Positions 10,051-18,817 of a stretch of 64,000 nucleotides of DNA are shown piece after piece. Position numbers and translations under genes: made by a program. This DNA comes from a bacterium. Lineage in GTDB: Bacteria > Babelota > Babeliae > Babelales > JABJEI01. The notes beneath the pieces were generated by a model. The model worked only from the letters and a program-made list of their open reading frames with translations, searched no databases and was not told where the DNA came from. Within the stretch, counting starts at the first letter, position 1. Every line of letters begins with the position of its first letter. The stretch spans positions 9,122-73,121 of the forward strand of contig JABJEI010000012.1 in the NCBI GenBank assembly GCA_018663245.1, given 5' to 3'.

Positions 10051-10203
10051 GTCGCACGTAAACGTGCTATGACGCGATACTAAAAAAAACAGATCCAATT
10101 CCTTGAACAAAATTGACCCCGTACCCGAAAAATTGTTACTTGTGTTCTAACTTAATAGAACCAGTTATTATTTTAATTTTTCAATTAATTAGGAACCTCC
10201 ACA

Positions 10204-10737
10204 ATGTTTAATAAAAACCTTTTACAACGACTATGGTCTCCATACGTTGTTGGCTTATGCCTTGGTGTTCTCTCATGGATAACATTTGGATTAATGGGCC
10301 ACATGCTAGGCACATCGACAACATTTGTCCGCATAGCCGCAGCTTTTTGGTCAATTTTTAGTCCATCACACTTTGCCAATTCAATTTATTACCGCCGACA
10401 CCTGGCAAATAATTCCTGGATCAACTGGCAGTTCGCTCTGATAATTGGACTATTTATTGGCTCTTATCTGGCAAAAAAACTATCTGGCTCAAAAGAAGTC
10501 GTATACGTACCAAAATTATGGAAAAAAGCATTTGGAAGCAGTTTTGCCCTAAGGGCCATAGCAGCCTTTATTGGTGGCGTTTTTGTTATGTTTGGTGCAA
10601 GATTTGCCGGTGGATGTGCTTCAGGGCATGGCCTCTCTGGAAGCATGCAATTAGCACTTTCTGGGTGGCTGTTTATGATGGGGCTCTTCATCGTAGGCAT
10701 ACCAACAGCGCTATTACTCTACAAACGATCAAATTAA
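10204..10737 (+). CDS. YeeE/YedE family sulfur-compound transporter, subunit 1
   Basis: WSPYVVG..FGARFAGGCASGHGLSG. Confidence 0.9.
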   Translation: MFNKNLLQRLWSPYVVGLCLGVLSWITFGLMGHMLGTSTTFVRIAAAFWSIFSPSHFANSIYYRRHLANNSWINWQFALIIGLFIGSYLAKKLSGSKEVVYVPKLWKKAFGSSFALRAIAAFIGGVFVMFGARFAGGCASGHGLSGSMQLALSGWLFMMGLFIVGIPTALLLYKRSN

Positions 10738-10750
10738 TAAGGATAGATTC

Positions 10751-11314
10751 ATGAATACAGCTTTATTATCATCTAATCTACAGTTATCTACAGGCCTCTT
10801 AACCGGCATAGTCTTTGGCTTTTTACTCCAAAAAGGTCGACTGACCAGTTTTGATGTAATTGTAGGCCAACTAATTTTCAAAAACTTCACAATGATGAAG
10901 GTTATGTTAACCGCAATTATGGTTGGAAGTATCGGCATTTATGGATTAATAGCCTTTAATCCTGCTTATACAACCATGATCTCATCAACAACACTTATGG
11001 CCGCTTTTCTTGGTGGTAGCATTTTCGCAATTGGTATGGCAACTCTTGGTTACTGTCCAGGAACAGCAATGGCTGCTTTGGGAGATGGTCGTAGAGACGT
11101 TATTTTTGGCCTATTGGGAATGGTTTTTGGTGCAGGAATCTACGCAGAACTTTTCCCTTTTATCACTAAACAGATAAAATCTACAGATTTTATGAACCAA
11201 GAAACATTGGCTACCATAACCGGTATCTCTCCTTGGATCTTCATCGCAGGATTTGTAATTATTTTTGGCATCGGTTTTTACATGCTAGAGCGATACCTAC
11301 CCAAAAACAAATAA
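10751..11314 (+). CDS. YeeE/YedE family sulfur-compound transporter, subunit 2
   Basis: GIVFGFLLQKG..LGYCPGT. Confidence 0.9.
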   Translation: MNTALLSSNLQLSTGLLTGIVFGFLLQKGRLTSFDVIVGQLIFKNFTMMKVMLTAIMVGSIGIYGLIAFNPAYTTMISSTTLMAAFLGGSIFAIGMATLGYCPGTAMAALGDGRRDVIFGLLGMVFGAGIYAELFPFITKQIKSTDFMNQETLATITGISPWIFIAGFVIIFGIGFYMLERYLPKNK

Positions 11315-11334
11315 GCTGTAATTAGTAGTTACGT

Positions 11335-11622
11335 TTAGTTTTGACGCTCAAGGGCCCGGTCAGACCAGTTCCACCATTTGAGAAGTTGTGAGTCATGTTG
11401 ATCATTAGATGCGAAGTAAATTGCACATCGATAAACATACAAAAGACATCGGTCAATGCGCACTCCCTGGATAGCACACGAACGCTCGTACAACTCTTCA
11501 GCGTCATGACCACGCAAATCACTTACCTCTTTGATGCCAAGCAACCACAGATCATGGGCAATAGATGGGCCTACGCCAGGTATAACTTGAAGTTGTTTCC
11601 ATGGTTTTTGTGCCTGCGTCAA
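11335..11622 (-). CDS. Helix-hairpin-helix protein (Cdd1/mitomycin-resistance-like)
   Basis: LQVIPGVGPSIA..DRCLLYVYRCAIYFA..KWWNW. Confidence 0.85.
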   Translation of the reverse strand: MTQAQKPWKQLQVIPGVGPSIAHDLWLLGIKEVSDLRGHDAEELYERSCAIQGVRIDRCLLYVYRCAIYFASNDQHDSQLLKWWNWSDRALERQN

Positions 11623-11770
11623 TAGAATATCCTTAAAGTAAAAATAGATGAATTATTGTATCACAGCTTAGAGTACAAGGCCGTTATATCTTGATTTTTG
11701 TGGCCAGTCAACTAATATTATTGGATGGTGAATTAGATACAAGTTTCATCAATATAGAAAGGTCTAAATA

Positions 11771-12403
11771 ATGTTTGGTTCACTTTTTTTGAGTGGCGTA
11801 CGAATCGGTTTAACCGTCGCTGTACCAATCGGTCCAGTTGCAGTACTATGCATGCGCACCGCAATGTCTCAGGGAATAATTGCCGGCTTAACGTTTATGG
11901 TAGGTACAGTGTTCGCAGACAGCACATATGCCGCTATCGGTGCATTTGGACTAACTAGCATAAGCGGGTTTTTGATGGCCTACCAGCATGTTTTAGGAAC
12001 TGTTGGTGGTATTATTCTTATTATGATCGGCATTGGAAGTTTACGAACTAAACCCCACGTCGAACTCCGAGGAGCACCCTTAGCTAAAGGGCTTGGAAGC
12101 ATATTCTTTCAGTCAGTTATTTTCACCTTCTCATGCCCTTCAACAATTGTGCTTTTTTCTTCACAATTTGCGACGGCACAACAAATTTTCACCACACCAG
12201 GAATGGAAGCAAATGTCGCTTTAATCAGCGGTGTTGCAGCCAGCGTTGCTGCATGGTTTACACTTGTAGTCCTGACCGTAAACTTCATTAGAACTCGTAT
12301 TGACGATAGCTTACGTAAGCTTAACATCCTTTCTGGCCTAGTCATTGGCGCTCTAGGAATTAAATTTGTCTATACACACCTGATGATTATTTTGTTCAGC
12401 TAA
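11771..12403 (+). CDS. LysE family translocator
   Basis: GLTVAVPIGPVAVLC..ADSTY, multiple TM helices. Confidence 0.9.
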   Translation: MFGSLFLSGVRIGLTVAVPIGPVAVLCMRTAMSQGIIAGLTFMVGTVFADSTYAAIGAFGLTSISGFLMAYQHVLGTVGGIILIMIGIGSLRTKPHVELRGAPLAKGLGSIFFQSVIFTFSCPSTIVLFSSQFATAQQIFTTPGMEANVALISGVAASVAAWFTLVVLTVNFIRTRIDDSLRKLNILSGLVIGALGIKFVYTHLMIILFS

Positions 12404-12409
12404 CTTCAA

Positions 12410-12530
12410 TCATCCAGGGATGACAAGCAAGTCATTCCTGTGCTAGCTTGGCTACTAAGAAACAATATTAAAAATATTAGCCTGCATCTCCTTCGTAGCC
12501 TCTGGCAAAGAAGGGCCGGGCAAAGCCATA
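12410..12530 (+). repeat. Degenerate palindromic element modules
   Basis: GGGATGAC..GTCATTCC and GCCTGCATCTCCTTCGTAGCCTCTGGCAAAGAAGGG resemble the other loci. Confidence 0.55.
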
Positions 12531-12549
12531 GACCAAGACCGGAGAAAAA

Positions 12550-13224
12550 ATGAGCCAATCAAACTACAAGTTGCTGTTAATGGGAGCGCTACTTTTCGCC
12601 CTACCTGCATGCCTAAAAGATAAATCAAACAAATCTAGCAAAAAAAATGAAAAAGCGAGTGTTTCTAGAACAAAAAACGCCGAATACTTGTCACGAGGCA
12701 AAGTAAGCGATTTTGACGAGAGAATCAAAAAGTTTGTTTACAAAACAGATCAAGAATTTGATGATTCTGATGCCAGCGTAGCTGGATCTTACAGTACTGC
12801 AGGTACAAATAACCAGCTAAACTGGCAATCTATAAAAAACGACCCCGAGCACCACGTTCTAACCGTTCAGTTTGATTTTGACAAGTACCACGTAACAGCA
12901 GCTAAACATGCAAAGCTTGAAGAAAACATAGTAGACATCAAGCGCAAACTCGCCGATGGCAAAACAGTCGTAGTTGAGGGTCACGCTTGTGATTCTGCTG
13001 GCTCCAAAGTTTATAACATGGCTCTTTCAGAAAAACGCGCTCACGCCATTGCAGACCATTTGATTGCATCTGGCATTCCAGCAGCCCATCTTAAAATTGT
13101 TGGCCGCGGCTCAGAACTGCTTATTATTGAACCAGATCCTGCTCGTACGCCAAAACAAGAGCGTATAGCTCAAGGTCCCAACAGACGCGTTGAAATATAC
13201 GCTATAGATAAAACAACTTCATAA
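12550..13224 (+). CDS. OmpA-family peptidoglycan-binding lipoprotein (Pal-like)
   Basis: Lipobox-like LPAC; FDFDK, VEGHACD..YNMALSEKRA, NRRVE. Confidence 0.9.
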   Translation: MSQSNYKLLLMGALLFALPACLKDKSNKSSKKNEKASVSRTKNAEYLSRGKVSDFDERIKKFVYKTDQEFDDSDASVAGSYSTAGTNNQLNWQSIKNDPEHHVLTVQFDFDKYHVTAAKHAKLEENIVDIKRKLADGKTVVVEGHACDSAGSKVYNMALSEKRAHAIADHLIASGIPAAHLKIVGRGSELLIIEPDPARTPKQERIAQGPNRRVEIYAIDKTTS

Positions 13225-13233
13225 AAAACTAAT

Positions 13234-13265
13234 TTGTTGAGGGCCTTGTATTAGGCCCTCAACAA
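13234..13265. terminator. 13-bp perfect hairpin after the OmpA gene
   Basis: TTGTTGAGGGCCT-TGTATT-AGGCCCTCAACAA. Confidence 0.6.
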
Positions 13266-13309
13266 GCCCTCTTTTTCTACCTTCTTCATCTAATTTTCTA
13301 AGCAAAGCT

Positions 13310-13595
13310 AGAAGCGCACTCAACTGAATTATTTTCATAGAGCAACAAACATCATCCCAGTTTGGAAAAAACTCCTTGTCATTCCCGGCTTTGAACGGGG
13401 ATCCAGGACTAGAAATAACATCCTTAAAATATGAAACTTTGTAGTAATCATTTGTAAAACACAACAATAAAAAATTATGTAACTTCCCTAGCTTTCAAAT
13501 GAGCGACTTAAAGACTGGATCCCCGTTCAAAGCCGGGGATGACCCTTCTTCGCCCAAGGCTTCGCAGGCCAGGCAAAATAGATAGCACTTCACAT
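13310..13595. repeat. REPIN-like doublet (locus R2)
   Basis: Inverted arms GTCATYCCCGGCTTTGAACGGGGATCCAG at 13378-13406 and 13515-13543; same architecture as 40688-40850. Confidence 0.9.
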
Positions 13596-13684
13596 AACCC
13601 TACCTTTACTCGCCAAGCCTGCGCTCTATGAGCTCCACCCGTCAAACCCTCCAACACAAAAGCCGACAAGAAAAAACCCTGAAA

Positions 13685-13713
13685 TTGACCGTCAAGCATG
13701 TAAATGTTATACT
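13685..13713 (+). promoter_or_regulatory. Sigma70-type promoter
   Basis: TTGACC-17 bp-TATACT with TG extended -10, upstream of GAGG RBS and ATG 13745. Confidence 0.55.
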
Positions 13714-13744
13714 ATTTGTATAATATTTAGAGGTATAATGAATT

Positions 13745-14020
13745 ATGAAAAATCTACTTTTATGCGCACTAACTGTGTGCACTTTATCATCTATGAGCGG
13801 CTCCCCGCTCCCTGATCTGTTTATCACAGCACAACAAAATCAAACATTGGCAGAAGTTGTACGACCAGAGGCTGAGCAAATATGCTTTAATAGTAACTGT
13901 CTTACCCGTCCTAAACTTGTAAGCGAACTAGTAAACCTCAGGCGGCTTTACGATATGTCACAATCTGATCTAATCGACCTAATCGATGAATTGATAAAAA
14001 AATTACGTCGAGCTCGATAA
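13745..14020 (+). CDS. Small secreted hypothetical protein
   Basis: Promoter, RBS, signal peptide. Confidence 0.7.
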   Translation: MKNLLLCALTVCTLSSMSGSPLPDLFITAQQNQTLAEVVRPEAEQICFNSNCLTRPKLVSELVNLRRLYDMSQSDLIDLIDELIKKLRRAR

Positions 14021-14131
14021 ACTACTTACTTAAAGCCCCAACACCACTCTTGACATAAACTTATTTCTACATAACATGATAAATGTCATGTAGAAACACA
14101 ATACTAAAAACATACGGTCAACAGAGTTAAT

Positions 14132-14980
14132 ATGAACAAACAACTGTCAACGCTACTACTCATAGCAGCATTAAGCTACACTCCACTAAATCAGGCACTT
14201 TCTTGGCCAAATCTAAAAGAGATTGTTATTCGAAGGCTTGAATGTGAAAACACTGAAAAAGAAAAAAAAGACTGCAAAATTGTGGGCAAATACTTTCAAC
14301 GCTTTAATAAACTATTCAATCTAGGCGAAAATGATATTAAATTTAGAGGCGTCTCTAAGGTCCCTAAAGGTTTTGTTATAATAAAGAAAAACAATATCGT
14401 AGAAAGCAATTTCCATATAAAAAACATTGCTGAAGCAATAGCCAGAAAGCACAATAAAGGTGAAAGCCCTTATCCCAAGTCTAAACTAAAAATCTATCCT
14501 GATGATGAGATTTATCTGAACTATTTTTGCGCTCAACACAAAATATCTTTAGCCACTTTAATAGTAAATAAACAAGAAGGAAGCCGCAAATTATGGTTCT
14601 CCTTTATGCGCTCTGTCGGTATAGCAACTGTCCCATTTTTAGCTTTAAAAAAACTTGGTATAAATCATATCCTGAATGGACTTGTTAGTTTTTTGACGGG
14701 AGCATATGCAGACAGTTTTATTTTGAATAACGAATATGACCGGAGAAAGAAGCGGTTGGAATTGGCGTTAGCAAAATGCACAAAACCAGAACTTGAAGCC
14801 TTGCACTGCACCTCTGTTAAATGGATCGAAATAATCAATAAAATAAACACGGATTCAAAGCATAGTATCAAAACTTTCATAATGGACAAAATAAACACGC
14901 GCTCAAAGCCTAGTATCAAACGTTTCATCATAGAAAGAGATTTAAGCCAAGAAGAGCTTAACCGTCGCCTCAAAAAATAA
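14132..14980 (+). CDS. Secreted/membrane hypothetical protein
   Basis: Signal peptide ending NQA; two internal hydrophobic segments. Confidence 0.75.
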   Translation: MNKQLSTLLLIAALSYTPLNQALSWPNLKEIVIRRLECENTEKEKKDCKIVGKYFQRFNKLFNLGENDIKFRGVSKVPKGFVIIKKNNIVESNFHIKNIAEAIARKHNKGESPYPKSKLKIYPDDEIYLNYFCAQHKISLATLIVNKQEGSRKLWFSFMRSVGIATVPFLALKKLGINHILNGLVSFLTGAYADSFILNNEYDRRKKRLELALAKCTKPELEALHCTSVKWIEIINKINTDSKHSIKTFIMDKINTRSKPSIKRFIIERDLSQEELNRRLKK

Positions 14981-15006
14981 AACGACCTCACAAAATTGTT
15001 ACGAAA

Positions 15007-15053
15007 AAGCCTAGGATACCAGATTCGCTACAAGCGTTTGGTATTCTAGGCTT
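15007..15053. terminator. Hairpin between convergent genes
   Basis: AAGCCTAGGATACCAG...TTGGTATTCTAGGCTT. Confidence 0.55.
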
Positions 15054-15083
15054 AATATTGAAAGCTACGTCGAGCTCAGTAAG

Positions 15084-16493
15084 CTACTTACCGATACAGA
15101 ATTCTTTAAAAATAGCATCCATTCCCGCTTCTGAAATTGACCGTCCCGTAACCTGGGCAATGGTTTGCGCTGCATCCTGTAGATGGTACGAGAGAAGCTC
15201 GTACTGAATAGGTTCTTGTAAATGCTCTTGAAGTATAGACTCAAGTTGACCGTCCAGCGTATCAAGTAGCTCCATCTGTCGCTTGTTCAAAAGGAACGGC
15301 GACTCACAGCTCTCCATTAACTTACTAATCGACAGGTCCAGACAATCCAACAGATCATTTAGACCTTGACCGTTAATGCTAGAAACATCAACTACCTTAG
15401 AGTCCAACTCTTCTGGTAACTCAAACAGTTGATCTGAATCAACTTTGCTGCGTACAAAAATAATTTTGTGTGAATAATTTGTAAAAAGGTCACAATAGAC
15501 TTCTTTGATAGAACCCGATAATTTTTTGGCTCCATCAACAACTAACACTATCAGGTCTGCTCGCGCAGCCTCAGCAAAAGAACGTTCAATTCCCCGCTGC
15601 TCAATAATATCGTCAGTCACTCGTACACCAGCAGTATCAACCAGCGTCCAAAAAACGCCGCTCCTGTTAAGACCTGCCTCGATAGTATCACGCGTGGTTC
15701 CTGCAACACTTGTCACAATTGCTCGCTCCTTTGCAAGCAGCCGATTAAAAAGAGACGACTTACCAGCATTAACTGCACCAACAATAGCTATACGTACGCC
15801 TTCGCGCACCTGCTGTTGGCCCTCAAAGCCTACACGAATCGTAGTTATTTTTTTGTGTACAGCAACAACAAAATTCCGTATTTCTTGAGCAAAAGTAACA
15901 GATTCATCATCAAGAAACTCTAGGCTTGCTTGGCAAAATGCCAATGCCTTTATTATATCTTTTTCTAAATTTGTAACCCACGAAGAAAGACTGCCCGAAA
16001 GCTGTGCAAGTGATTTTTTGAGCGCAATTTGGGTATTAGCACGAATAAGCTCGTTGATTGCCTCGGCCTGAACTAGGTCGATTTTTTTATTAAGAAATGC
16101 ACGCTTGCTGAACTCACCTTCCTGCGCAGAGCGAGCTCCACAGGCGATTAATCTAGCAACGATACGCTCAATTAAAAACGGATTATTATGACAGGTAATT
16201 TCAACAGTATCTTGACCAGTAAAAGTGCGCGGAGCGCGCATCAACAGAAAAAGTACTTGGTCTAAGTGAGTGCCATCAGCGTCGACAACCCATCCATAGT
16301 GAATAGTGTGAGAAGACGCATCTATAAGCAAGGTTTTATCGGCAATTTTGGCAGCACGCTGAACAACTGAAATTGCATCATGCCCAGAAATTCTGAGCAA
16401 CGCGATAGCACCAGCTCCCTGCGGAGTACACTGCGCAACAACGGCAGTTTCATCCGTTCCCAGAAATTGACCTTTTTTTATACCTTGCCTCAT
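15084..16493 (-). CDS. mnmE: tRNA modification GTPase MnmE
   Basis: APRTFTGQD, GAVNAGKSS, GTTRD, DTAG, C-terminal FCIGK. Confidence 0.97.
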   Translation of the reverse strand: MRQGIKKGQFLGTDETAVVAQCTPQGAGAIALLRISGHDAISVVQRAAKIADKTLLIDASSHTIHYGWVVDADGTHLDQVLFLLMRAPRTFTGQDTVEITCHNNPFLIERIVARLIACGARSAQEGEFSKRAFLNKKIDLVQAEAINELIRANTQIALKKSLAQLSGSLSSWVTNLEKDIIKALAFCQASLEFLDDESVTFAQEIRNFVVAVHKKITTIRVGFEGQQQVREGVRIAIVGAVNAGKSSLFNRLLAKERAIVTSVAGTTRDTIEAGLNRSGVFWTLVDTAGVRVTDDIIEQRGIERSFAEAARADLIVLVVDGAKKLSGSIKEVYCDLFTNYSHKIIFVRSKVDSDQLFELPEELDSKVVDVSSINGQGLNDLLDCLDLSISKLMESCESPFLLNKRQMELLDTLDGQLESILQEHLQEPIQYELLSYHLQDAAQTIAQVTGRSISEAGMDAIFKEFCIGK

Positions 16494-17152
16494 GAACCCT
16501 TGGAACTGAGAACAACCTTAAAGCCGCGCAATTTTTTGCGAGTCGCACGACGTAATGCCTGCATAGTCAATGTTGCAAACCCAGCAAACAAACGTCTTTC
16601 TCTGTCAGAATCATCCAACAATGGCTGCTCCATGACAACCTTGAGATAGTAACGCGAAGGCTGAATAGAAAATTTGGTTGCATTGCCAGACATCGCCTGA
16701 AGCGCTTGAGAAATCCATTCACGGACTACTTCAACCATATCCGGAGTCCACAAAACCTCGTTTACATCGTTTTGCTTTGTAGCCTCTCTGGGCTTAAGCT
16801 CACGTTGCTGTCTTACAACAGGCGTTTCAGCTACTTTTGGTTCAACTTTTTTGCTTGGTGCAGCTTGAGATGGCTGACTTGTTGTACGTAAACTTGGGCG
16901 TTGTGTAGTTTTTGCTGGTCTAACTGGAGCTGCTTGCGTACGACGCTTTTGCGCACGTCTCGGTTGCTCTTTGGCCTTTGGCTTGTCATCAAAATATACG
17001 ACTATCTTAGCCGGCTCGCTATTAAAACCGAGAAAGCCAGACTTACCTTCTTCCATTACACAAACACGGAACTCTGCCGGTTTATTTGCTTTGCGCCAAC
17101 CTGCATCAACCGCTTTGGCTACGCTGGAGGCTTCTTGCACTACAGATTTCAT
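16490..17152 (-). CDS. jag: Jag/EloR-like protein (Jag_N domain, degenerate KH, no R3H)
   Basis: EEGKSGFLGF Jag_N motif; overlaps mnmE start (ATGA). Confidence 0.75.
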   Translation of the reverse strand: MKSVVQEASSVAKAVDAGWRKANKPAEFRVCVMEEGKSGFLGFNSEPAKIVVYFDDKPKAKEQPRRAQKRRTQAAPVRPAKTTQRPSLRTTSQPSQAAPSKKVEPKVAETPVVRQQRELKPREATKQNDVNEVLWTPDMVEVVREWISQALQAMSGNATKFSIQPSRYYLKVVMEQPLLDDSDRERRLFAGFATLTMQALRRATRKKLRGFKVVLSSKGS

Positions 17153-17431
17153 AGTGTAACAACCTTTCCTAAAAATTTTCCCATTGCAATAGTCGGCCGA
17201 ACGGCCGCGACAAGGGCATTAAAATAATTGTACCAGACAATCAGTAAATCTTGAAAAAATAAGACTAATGTTGAATGGCTAACGAACTTGAATAAAGTCT
17301 AAAGTGAATGACATAGTCCATGATTAAAAGCTTCTAATCGAGGCATAAACAAATCATTATGCTCAAGATTAACCTGCTCATACTACGCTAAAACTACAAA
17401 GGAAATGCATTCCTTGCTTATATGCGAAGAA

Positions 17432-17507
17432 TGGAGTGGGAAACGGGATTCGAACCCGCGACCTTTGCCATGGCAAGGCAACGCTCTACCAACTGAGCTA
17501 TTCCCAC
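17432..17507 (-). tRNA. tRNA-Gly(GCC)
   Basis: rc: GTGGGAATAGCTCAGTTGGTAGAGC..TTGCC-TT GCC AT-GGCAA..GGTTCGAATCCC..TCCA. Confidence 0.96.
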
Positions 17508-17664
17508 ACAGTAAGTTCTCCAATACAGTTTACGAGCAAGGGGTAGTTTGTCAAACTAAGGTCCAATTACTAGCTACAGCTCTTAGTAAAACAAAGGCTC
17601 AATTAGTATATTAAGCTGCATAAATACCAAAATCATAAATTTTCCATTCAAAAGGAGTGCTTTA

Positions 17665-18771
17665 ATGATTCGCGAACTTTTTACATGCTTGATGATAGTA
17701 ATAGCATCTATTACAACTCCACAAAAAAAAACTTCTCTCAACGTTTATGGTGATTTTGCCTTGAAAGCATACGGTGATAACTACATATTGTGGCAAAATA
17801 ATCTACGATCTTTTATTAAATTGCCAAAACCTTACGACAAGAAGAGCTGCTGGAATTCACTAAAGCCAATTGGCTACTCTCGTGAACATAAAACTTTATG
17901 GCTAAAGTTTAACCACAAAGCAAGTTTACAGGAATTCAATAGCACACTACCACTTGCGGCCATCGCATGCATGCACCTTAAAAAAAACAATGAATGGGAG
18001 CCTTACACCAATTCTTCAAATCCAAAAAAACTTGGGGTGATTCAAGTACCAGCACAACATCACAGCCACTTAGACTCTAAATGTAGACGTTACGCATTCA
18101 TTGCTCCGGCACCAAAAAATAGCTCTGAACATTACGATACAACTTTATTTTCTGTAATAGAATTCGACCCAAAGCAGCACCTTATACAACAAACTAAGCT
18201 CATTAAGTACGACGATCCATACCATTCAGTTAGTTCCATATCATTAAAGGACCAAATTTTGGTCTTACTTAGCAAACGCTACAACGATAAAAATCAGTAT
18301 GCACACCTGTTTACATGCCATGAAGACTCAATTCAATTTGAAGCAAGCCACTGGCTTGACAATTACCCAAGCAGAGAACCATTTGTTGCAATGGCAACCC
18401 CAAATTTAGACGCTAAATACCCTAGGATATGTCTTTACAAAAACGAAAAAAGAGAAGACCGCCCAACCCAAATCTCGCTAAAACTTGATCACACAAGTCC
18501 CGTTATTGAAGAACTACCCCAGATAACAAAGAACGCAAAAATAAAAACAATTTTACAAAACTTCCCACACGCACGTAAGCGTGCAATAAGTAACTGCTAT
18601 GCTGCAAAACTGCGCAATCTCACTGCCAATACTACAGGCAATACTTGCGATTCAAGTCACGCTTCATGGTTAAAGAAAAACAAAATAATAAACATCAAAA
18701 AGAAAACCTTTAACTACCTAAAAAGCCCAATCATACTCAAAGAAATAGTGCTTAGCGCCACAAAAAATTAA
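17665..18771 (+). CDS. Secreted hypothetical protein
   Basis: AGGAG RBS, N-terminal hydrophobic segment, 368-aa ORF. Confidence 0.7.
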   Translation: MIRELFTCLMIVIASITTPQKKTSLNVYGDFALKAYGDNYILWQNNLRSFIKLPKPYDKKSCWNSLKPIGYSREHKTLWLKFNHKASLQEFNSTLPLAAIACMHLKKNNEWEPYTNSSNPKKLGVIQVPAQHHSHLDSKCRRYAFIAPAPKNSSEHYDTTLFSVIEFDPKQHLIQQTKLIKYDDPYHSVSSISLKDQILVLLSKRYNDKNQYAHLFTCHEDSIQFEASHWLDNYPSREPFVAMATPNLDAKYPRICLYKNEKREDRPTQISLKLDHTSPVIEELPQITKNAKIKTILQNFPHARKRAISNCYAAKLRNLTANTTGNTCDSSHASWLKKNKIINIKKKTFNYLKSPIILKEIVLSATKN

Positions 18772-18817
18772 AAACAATAACAAGCGAAAGTCCAAAGTTT
18801 GTGGTATAATAAGGCAC

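Noticed and set aside
9784-10110. 108-aa minus-strand ORF
   Set aside because: Antisense shadow of tRNA-Ser(TGA) and repeat units.
10204-11314. Split YeeE/YedE as a pseudogene
   Set aside because: Two-gene YeeE/YedE pairs are common; both halves keep their Cys motifs and the second has its own RBS.
13374-13576. Possible CRISPR array from the 29-36-nt palindromic repeats
   Set aside because: Copies are inverted or dispersed, not direct repeats with regular unique spacers, and no cas genes are present.
13219-13699. Short ORFs 13219..13467 and 13508..13699 (also 35925..36137)
   Set aside because: They run through palindromic repeat arrays and have no protein-like features.
17405-17614. 69-aa plus-strand ORF
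   Set aside because: Antisense shadow of tRNA-Gly.
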